From TPA_inf: Saccharomyces (lineage: Eukaryota), in contig BK006947.3 of the NCBI GenBank assembly GCA_000146045.2, positions 384,001 through 448,000 of the forward strand: a stretch of 64,000 nucleotides of DNA, in the 5' to 3' direction. A program made the translations under genes and the position numbers. The notes below the pieces were generated by a model. It saw only the letters and a list, made by a program, of their open reading frames with translations, was not told the origin of the DNA and did no database searches. This document shows, piece by piece, positions 57,366 to 64,000 of this stretch; the first letter of the stretch is position 1; the number at the start of each line of letters is the position of its first letter.

Positions 57366-58358
57366 TCACAGTTTTTTTTTGCAGTCGTCGCAATACCACT
57401 TGCCCTTAGGTAGAGTTTCGAGTCCAATACATGGCAAATGGAACCATTCTAGCTCACAGTCTGCGCCATCACACCCCACCATTTCCCCGTATGCCACTTG
57501 GTTACAGTAGCAGTAGAGCGGTTCGCCGTAGTCGTTGGTTTTTGGTCTTGATATCCTGCTGTTGTTGCTGTTTCCGACGCTGCTAACTCCCCTGGACGCT
57601 GTAGATGTACCTATCCTGCCATTATTGACGGCAGTTGCCGTGCTGATAGTGCTTGGTGAAACGGCTGTGGTGGCAACTCTCCTCTTGCGTTTTTTGGTCT
57701 CTGGATCGGCGTTGTTGGTATTGGCAGCGTTGGCTCTTTTTCTTGAGTTTGTGTTGTTACCAGTGTGGTCTTGGCTCTCGTGCCTGCTGCCTCCGTAGTT
57801 TGCGTCGTTCTTTGAGTCGTCTTGTTGGTGTGTGCTGGCGGAGTAATGTTCGCCCTGCCTCCTGTTGGCAGCCATGGCTTCTCTTCTTGATTCGCTCTTC
57901 AGTGCCTGCGACGATTTGCTGTTTGATTTGCTCTCTATTTTTTCCATTAGTTCATGATGGAGGTGCATTGCTGGATGGTTGTCCACACCCAGTCTTAAAC
58001 CTCTAGGAATTTCTGTGTTCTTGATTGCGACTTCATACGCCAATTCTAACCGGGACGTCAATCTGTCTAGATTATCCAGCATAATGGATGAGACATGCAT
58101 TTTCTCCTCCAGCGATGGCATCAGTTCTTCATAAATCTTGTTGATATTATTGAGCAGTCTTACTTGTGTTTGGTGATCTTTATTGAAGTCTTTCTTCAAG
58201 AACTTATCTATCCTCTCGTTCAAATTCGGCATAGAATGCACACATTTTGCATCTATTTCGTGTAGTAATGTTAAATATCTGGAGGTGGCCAGTGGGAATT
58301 CCTCCAGCACGTCAGTTATGTCGTTTAATCCAGGGAATAGGTTCGCTGGTGAACTCAT
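57366..58358 (-). CDS. PHO23: PHO23 (YNL097C), ING-family PHD-finger subunit of Rpd3L, 330 aa
   Basis: A C-terminal PHD finger is present (YCYCNQVAYGEMVGCDGADCELEWFHLPCI...WYCDDC). Confidence 0.85.
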   Translation of the reverse strand: MSSPANLFPGLNDITDVLEEFPLATSRYLTLLHEIDAKCVHSMPNLNERIDKFLKKDFNKDHQTQVRLLNNINKIYEELMPSLEEKMHVSSIMLDNLDRLTSRLELAYEVAIKNTEIPRGLRLGVDNHPAMHLHHELMEKIESKSNSKSSQALKSESRREAMAANRRQGEHYSASTHQQDDSKNDANYGGSRHESQDHTGNNTNSRKRANAANTNNADPETKKRKRRVATTAVSPSTISTATAVNNGRIGTSTASRGVSSVGNSNNSRISRPKTNDYGEPLYCYCNQVAYGEMVGCDGADCELEWFHLPCIGLETLPKGKWYCDDCKKKL

Positions 58359-59005
58359 TTGTACGTATTTCAGACTATGAACGTGGTTGCTGTTTGTGAT
58401 ACTGCAAGACTACAAACTTTTCTCCTTCCGGGTTCGTCCTGTTGTAAACGCCTAACTCTTTTCCTTAGGCTCCTTTTTCGTTTTTTCCCTAGCTCTTTCT
58501 TTCTTCTTCATGTGCATGCACTCTTTCCTACATATTTTTTTTTCAAGGGCATTTTTAACTTTCTTCGGAAATCGTCTAAGAATTGTAAACTATAATTGCA
58601 AATACGCGATTAGCTCTATCTAGAATACCGAAAAAAAGGTTTGCCACTCACAATTGGACGTGCCTCAATTATTTCAAGTATACGTCATTTGGGCTTTTGA
58701 CTTGTAAAATATACTCAAATGAAATTCTGATTATACAAAGTTGAAACACGTAACACGCCATGTCAAGGTACGCGTAGAGGTAAGCAGATAATGCATGGAC
58801 AATGTGCTGGGCGAAGAGGCGGATCTAATTACACATACTTGGGATCATCTAAGATTTCAGATGGTTATGTTAATGCTCACTTGTTCCACGCCTTTTTCCT
58901 TTCCTTCAGATAAGTAATCCGCATATCAATGTGAAAGAACTAACGGTTGTTGATGGACGTATCGTTGTCTAGCGATAAATAATGCTTTTTCTTCAACAAA
59001 TAAGT

Positions 59006-59119
59006 GGTTGTTTGGCCGAGCGGTCTAAGGCGCCTGATTCAAGAAATATCTTGACCGCAGTTAACTGTGGGAATACTCAGGTATCGTAAGATGCAAGAGT
59101 TCGAATCTCTTAGCAACCA
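59006..59119 (+). tRNA. tL(CAA)N: tRNA-Leu(CAA) gene. Anticodon CAA is at 59050-59052. A 32-nt intron spans 59054..59085.
   Basis: The sequence reads GGTTGTTTGGCCGAGCGGTCTAAGGCGCCTGATTCAAG, then the intron, then CTCAGGTATCGTAAGATGCAAGAGTTCGAATCTCTTAGCAACCA. An A box (TGGCCGAGCGG) and B box (GGTTCGAATCT) are present and the 7-bp acceptor stem pairs. The total is 114 nt, made of 82 mature plus 32 intron. Confidence 0.85.
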
Positions 59120-59122
59120 TTA

Positions 59123-59130
59123 TTTTTTTT
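59123..59130 (+). terminator. Pol III terminator, a T8 run 4 nt after the tRNA 3' end
   Basis: tttttttt lies immediately downstream of tL(CAA). Confidence 0.7.
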
Positions 59131-59397
59131 CCTTTTTATCTGATTGCAGCGAGAACTTGGGAAATCAACCCAATATGTATTCCAAAATGTCAAAACACCA
59201 ATTAAAGCATCTCTATATTGACAGATACAAAATATATTTAAGTATACATTCATAATTATTTTACTCGAATTAAAAAAGCCCACTTTTTGGAAACCTCCTT
59301 TTGTATTCTCATAACTATGTTTCTTTTTTTATTATTTTTTCTTAATATTATTTTCTTTAAGTATGACAAATGATGAGAATGATAGTTATCTCACTAT

Positions 59398-60315
59398 TTA
59401 GTTGGTCTGGCTTGGAATTTCAAAAACAATTTGTTTGCCAGTCAACTTGTTGTAGACAGCTTGGAAAGATTCCAACTTGTAGTCGATTTGTTGAACATCC
59501 TTGGAGTCTAACAAAACCTTTTGGATCTTGTTACCACCAACCAAATATCTAACTCTTTTACCGACAATTTCAGTTGGGAAAACCATGTCTTCCAAAACCT
59601 TGTCGTGAACAGCAGTCAAAGTTCTGGATCTTGGTCTCTTTTGGACTTGTCTAGATGTTCTAGATGGTTTTGGCAAGATTCTTCTTTCAGCCAAGAAAAT
59701 AACATGACGGTCAGGGAATTTCTTTTCCAATTCACGGGTCAATTTGGTTTGGACCTTATGGTATGCAGACAAAGCTGGAACTGGGACAAAAAGGACTAGT
59801 GCTTTCTTACCACCGGTGACATCAATCTAAACAATAAGAATCAAGCAGCGTTGAAATAAAGTTAGTAACTGAATTGGTTCATTCATAACAAAAAAGGGTT
59901 TGTGATTCTTCTCCTTGGGGTAAGGTCTTTTTCGCGTGCTTCTATTTTATTCATCGATATTGGTACTGACCAAGGAGGCCTTTATAGTTCAAAGGCTCAT
60001 CGCAACGTTCATGGTATTGACAGCTCTCGGAATTACTATTTTTCTCGAACACATGAAAATTTCATACAGATACTGCTCAAAATCACTCTTTTTTGAAAAA
60101 ATTACTGCAAAGAACCCCTTTAGAAGAAATCACAATGTTGCTGCTTCCAAATTATATAACTTTTAACATACTTCTCTGATAGATTTGATTTGCAATGGTC
60201 TCAAGTCAGCCTTTAGTTCTGGAGAGGAGCTTTCTAGATCGATGAAGGTCTTGGCGACTTGTAATTCCAACTCACTTGGAGCTTGGGATAAGATCTTGGA
60301 TTGGACAGAGGACAT
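59398..60315 (-). CDS. RPS7B: RPS7B (YNL096C), ribosomal protein eS7, spliced as join(complement 60172..60315, 59398..59826), 190 aa
   Basis: Exon 1 encodes [48 protein letters not shown]. On the minus strand the 5' splice site GTATGT is at 60171..60166, the branchpoint TACTAAC at 59867..59861 and the 3' splice site TTTAG at 59831..59827. Exon 2 continues [26 protein letters not shown]... The track ORF 59398..59772 is the 3' part of exon 2. Confidence 0.85.
59827..60171 (-). other. RPS7B: RPS7B intron, 345 nt
   Basis: Canonical yeast splice signals as listed for the RPS7B CDS. Confidence 0.8.
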
Positions 60316-60911
60316 TGGTCAGTTATGTGTCTAGTCTTTAGTGTGTTGGTTTCTCTTCTGTTTGTATATACAAAGTCAAATAACACATATTTTAACCATA
60401 ATCAATAGCATTTGGTATTTCCCCCTCCGCGTATTATGAACGCCTAGTGAGCCCATTCTTCCCTAAAGCCAGGCTGGAAACCCAAACTGTGTGGAACGTG
60501 ACTGAATTGCATTTGGTGAGTTACCAAGCAAAGGCTCGCAGGCTTGAACCACATTTTACCAGGGCGCTCGCTTTTTCCGAAATATTGAAATTAAGCAAAA
60601 CAATAATGTACGGATTTAAAGAGGTACGGATGGAGACCGTAGAAAATTGACTTTTTTTTTTTTTTTGTTATTTTCTGTGCCTTTCGTAACTACTACTATG
60701 CAGAATGACAGGTAGTTGTTGTTTCGAATTGCTACTTTCACGCATTCAACTTGATCAACATTTCTCTCTGATGAAAGGTTGTGGAAAGTTTGGTCGTGTC
60801 TATAAGTAGGTGTTTTTTATTAGTTCTATATAAAAATGGAGAATGTTAATTTTAACCCACCCTAAAACAGTGATTAGGAGTGGTAATAATTTTTTGTTTA
60901 ATGGATTAAAA

Positions 60912-62840
60912 CTAAAGGTTCATCTGTACTTTCAGAAAGTAAGACACTAAAAATGGCAAGCTAACAACCATTAGCGGGTATTGCAGCATTAAGAAAAATG
61001 AAACACACTCCATTTGGATTGGCGCAGTTGTTTCTGGCGGCGTAAAACTGGCGGTGAAATATATAAGGGTAGTCATCGTTGGCAAGTTCCAGCTGATTGC
61101 TATAACAAATAGTAGCATTCTATCATCTTGCCAATTAACCCATCCAGCTTTCACTAACCGATCACACCATAGGACACCAAAAATTGGCATGACACATTGT
61201 CTCAAAATGACGAGTGTCACAGCGGCTTTCCAAAATCCAGGATAAAGGTTGCCAATCTTTAATCTTCCTAAAGTTGCTCCTAATAATATCAACCCAAATG
61301 GAACACATGCGGCACCGACATAACCTGTAAAATCCATGAAAAAGCTTAATGGTGGTGCATTGTCAGGAGCTTGGCTTATGTGAGGAGTATTAGCGGTAGT
61401 CACGAACAAAGCCTTGACCCATGGGATAAATGCAACAGTTAGGGCGATGATCACGGCCATAGAGCACGGTCTCAAACAATTCTTTAGGAAAAACACAAGT
61501 AATGGAGTTAATGAAAATTTTCTCATCCACTGTGGTAATGATTCGCCGGATGTTTCAATATCCTTTTTACTTACAGTGGCATCTGATGTTAAGATCCTGG
61601 TTAGGTTAGCAGTTTTTATAGTCTGTAAAGTGGAATTTGAGCTAATTGAATGCACATCATTCATATCAGCGCCGCGTAAACTGGAATTCCTCCTTTGATG
61701 ACCATACTGGTCAACGTTGGAGTACTCTCTGATAAGATGGTGTATATTTTGAGAAGGTAATGCACGCATATCAATGGAGCGGATAGGTTCCAATGCCGCC
61801 ATAGACATATTTTTTGGGCATTTTTCATCTAAACAGTTCTCTTCTAGGAGTGTGGTAGTATTGTAAGCTCTCGGCTGGCTCGCGGTTCTACGTGCTCTCA
61901 TAGTATCTATGCTACTCTCATAACTCTCTGACGTATTATAAGAATGTATTGTTGAAGCAGATGATTGGCTATCTAATGGATTTGAACCACGAGTTGCCTG
62001 TGACTCTTCGCTTTGAGTGCACGCAATAGTATTTCTTGCCTTCACCTGAACTGGTTTTGTAATCTTTGAATTCGAAGAAGTGTCTGGTAGTGACAGGGGA
62101 GCTATACTATTTGTTGATCTCCTTGAAATTGGTGGTACGTCTGCGTTTTCACCCTTTGTACCTATAGCTTCAGTGAGACTATCGCGAGCGGTGTACTTAT
62201 TGTTGAAAAGCTGTTGTTCGTTTGAGAAGAAACGCTCGCTAGTATCTGTATTAGTTGTGTTTGCACTTACTGCGGGCTGTGTCTTTGTCGTTTCTGAAAC
62301 CCTAACGGCGCTTTCATCGTCGTTGTACTCGAAATCGCTTTCAATCAGTCGAAACCCCCCCAAATTGAAAATGCAAATTAGAAACATTGTCAGAAATATA
62401 ATGACGTTAGCCACACCTTTGTTACCTTCTTCTTCCGAAAATACAAGCCCTTGGTCCATAGATTGTAAATATGCAATTGGTAAATCACTTATATTTGGAA
62501 ACATACCACCGGCAAGAATACCACCGTACCATTGTTTAGGAACAGGCAGGAATAGCCTAACAACGTATGCAAAAAAGAACCCAGAACCAAATATTAGGAG
62601 GGCAGACAGACAGATAATTCCCACAGATTTGATGTCTTTATCTTCAATATTAGCGACAATCTTGTTGAATGACAGAGAGGGTAGTAAAACTGTTAGCACG
62701 ATATCAGAAATAATTCTTGTTGCTTCAACCGTAAGAATTCCCATTTTAGCCATCAGAAAGCCGACTCCTATAATCAAATAAATCTTGATTATCGGCTTAA
62801 CTGACACCCATATCGCTTGACCCAGAGTAATGTGCACCAT
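60912..62840 (-). CDS. YNL095C: YNL095C, putative membrane transporter of the auxin-efflux-carrier-like family, 642 aa
   Basis: Transmembrane blocks at both the N- and C-terminus flank a long hydrophilic S/T-rich loop. Length is exact. Confidence 0.75.
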   Translation of the reverse strand: MVHITLGQAIWVSVKPIIKIYLIIGVGFLMAKMGILTVEATRIISDIVLTVLLPSLSFNKIVANIEDKDIKSVGIICLSALLIFGSGFFFAYVVRLFLPVPKQWYGGILAGGMFPNISDLPIAYLQSMDQGLVFSEEEGNKGVANVIIFLTMFLICIFNLGGFRLIESDFEYNDDESAVRVSETTKTQPAVSANTTNTDTSERFFSNEQQLFNNKYTARDSLTEAIGTKGENADVPPISRRSTNSIAPLSLPDTSSNSKITKPVQVKARNTIACTQSEESQATRGSNPLDSQSSASTIHSYNTSESYESSIDTMRARRTASQPRAYNTTTLLEENCLDEKCPKNMSMAALEPIRSIDMRALPSQNIHHLIREYSNVDQYGHQRRNSSLRGADMNDVHSISSNSTLQTIKTANLTRILTSDATVSKKDIETSGESLPQWMRKFSLTPLLVFFLKNCLRPCSMAVIIALTVAFIPWVKALFVTTANTPHISQAPDNAPPLSFFMDFTGYVGAACVPFGLILLGATLGRLKIGNLYPGFWKAAVTLVILRQCVMPIFGVLWCDRLVKAGWVNWQDDRMLLFVIAISWNLPTMTTLIYFTASFTPPETTAPIQMECVSFFLMLQYPLMVVSLPFLVSYFLKVQMNL

Positions 62841-63610
62841 CTGATGAAAATTTGAGGTTTCAATCCCTTTCTCTGTTTGATTCTATAACTTCTCCAAAAA
62901 AATTGCGCTGACGCTAATTAGTCACTGTTTATATCTTTTTTAGCGATGATTTGTAACAATATGCCATAAAAGCGTTCTCTAACTGCGGAAGTGATGAGAA
63001 TTGAATAGTTTTATTCAGAAGGCAATATATCCTAATATGGCACAAAAAGGCAACTTGTATGCACAAAATGAGCATAAGAGTTCAGGCAGAACGTTGTGCT
63101 CTTGATCCAAAGGTTAAAAGTCATCGAGTAGGAAGATATTGTAACCTTCGCGCAAACCGCAGCCGCAGCGGGTCACGTGGTCGCGCAAATGATGATGAGG
63201 GCGCGGTCTAACTTTCCAAACGAGGTTACCAACAATTCTCGGACAGATAAAGCATTAGAATAGGGTGGCAACGCCTTTACGGTTAGCTTGTTCATTGTGA
63301 TTGGTTTGTGTATCTTTTCTTGGCTTTTTATGCCCACGAGACATAAAGTATACGAAGCTGTTATACTATTCGTGATCCAGGGCAAAAATTTAGCATCATT
63401 AAGGCATATATATCGCAAATAGTGGGTTGCACAAGGCTTTCAATAAACAGTGTCATATGTTTCTCTAGCTCTGTCGGTTTGTTGGCTATAAAGAGTTTGT
63501 CTAGTAATCGCCGTCTTTTCTTGGGACCATTAACACAGACAAGGACATTGAAACTTGGCTATAAGTTCCGTCAAAGGGGGAAAAAATTGCTTTGGAGAAG
63601 GAATAAAAAG

Positions 63611-64000
63611 ATGAATAGTCAAGGTTACGATGAAAGCTCTTCCTCTACTGCTGCTACTAGCGGTCCTACTTCTGGAGACCCACGAATGGGTAAGAAACAA
63701 CGGTTTATGAATCTCATAAGAACCACAAAGGATGTTTATATTCCTAACCTGACGTCATCCATTTCTCAAAAGACAATGGATGGCATCAGGAGCACTACGA
63801 ATTCCTTCGAAGGTTATAATGACTTGCCTATGGAATTGCCACATAATACCACGATAACATATTTTCCAACGTATACCACAACTAATTTGGTTGACCCTGA
63901 CGGTTTGAGTGCGCCTCGGAAAGATTTTGAAACTACTGTCAGATGTGCTGTTTCTTATCCAGGAAATCCTACAAGCAGGAGAAATAGGTGGTTGCTTTCT
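63611..64000 (+). CDS. APP1: APP1 (YNL094W), phosphatidate phosphatase, 3'-truncated by the window edge. The first 130 codons are present.
   Basis: The ATG at 63611 opens a frame with no stop to the window end. It begins MNSQGYDESSSSTAATSGPTSGDPRMGKKQRF. Confidence 0.65.
   Translation, partial: MNSQGYDESSSSTAATSGPTSGDPRMGKKQRFMNLIRTTKDVYIPNLTSSISQKTMDGIRSTTNSFEGYNDLPMELPHNTTITYFPTYTTTNLVDPDGLSAPRKDFETTVRCAVSYPGNPTSRRNRWLLS

Noticed and set aside
58400-59400. Possible Ty LTR (delta, sigma or tau) next to the tRNA gene, including a CAAATGATGAGAA string at about 59370
   Set aside because: There are no TGTTG...CAACA terminal repeats and no extended LTR-like sequence. The ATGATGAGAA string is the RPS7B 3' UTR and only a 13-nt chance resemblance to delta.

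Overview
The window reads as a gene-dense stretch of the Saccharomyces cerevisiae chromosome XIV left arm, from YNL127W (FAR11, truncated at the 5' edge) to YNL094W (APP1, truncated at the 3' edge). I recognise this from the translated ORFs and their order, not from any search. It holds about 31 protein-coding genes, two of them spliced, plus one intron-containing tRNA-Leu(CAA) gene.

- **Spliced genes.** DBP2 has a 1002-nt intron near its 3' end. RPS7B has a 345-nt intron near its 5' end.
- **ORF accounting.** Every ORF over roughly 150 aa in the six-frame track is one of three things: a gene I recognise, an exon of a spliced gene, or an antisense/alternate-frame shadow of a strong gene. I see no coding capacity that could hold a foreign or undescribed multi-gene system, and none of the prokaryotic feature classes (CRISPR arrays, IS elements, operons) apply to this eukaryotic sequence.
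- **Second-look items.** YNL115C is a poorly characterised membrane protein with a C-terminal alpha/beta-hydrolase-like region. The DBP2 intron carries a 65-nt all-pyrimidine tract. A G4-capable, STRE-like G-run cluster sits upstream of RAS2. Four ribosome-biogenesis promoters carry PAC/RRPE-like motif pairs. Textbook-looking promoter motifs are visible at POL1 (MCB pair), MLS1 (CSRE), LEU4 (Gcn4 site) and MET4 (CACGTG). There are several small tandem duplications and homopolymer tracts.

The DBP2 and RPS7B splice sites and the tRNA intron boundaries were read straight off the sequence. Several start codons were moved inward from the ORF-track start to match remembered protein lengths. All motif calls are consensus matches made by eye. 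Gene names are from memory.
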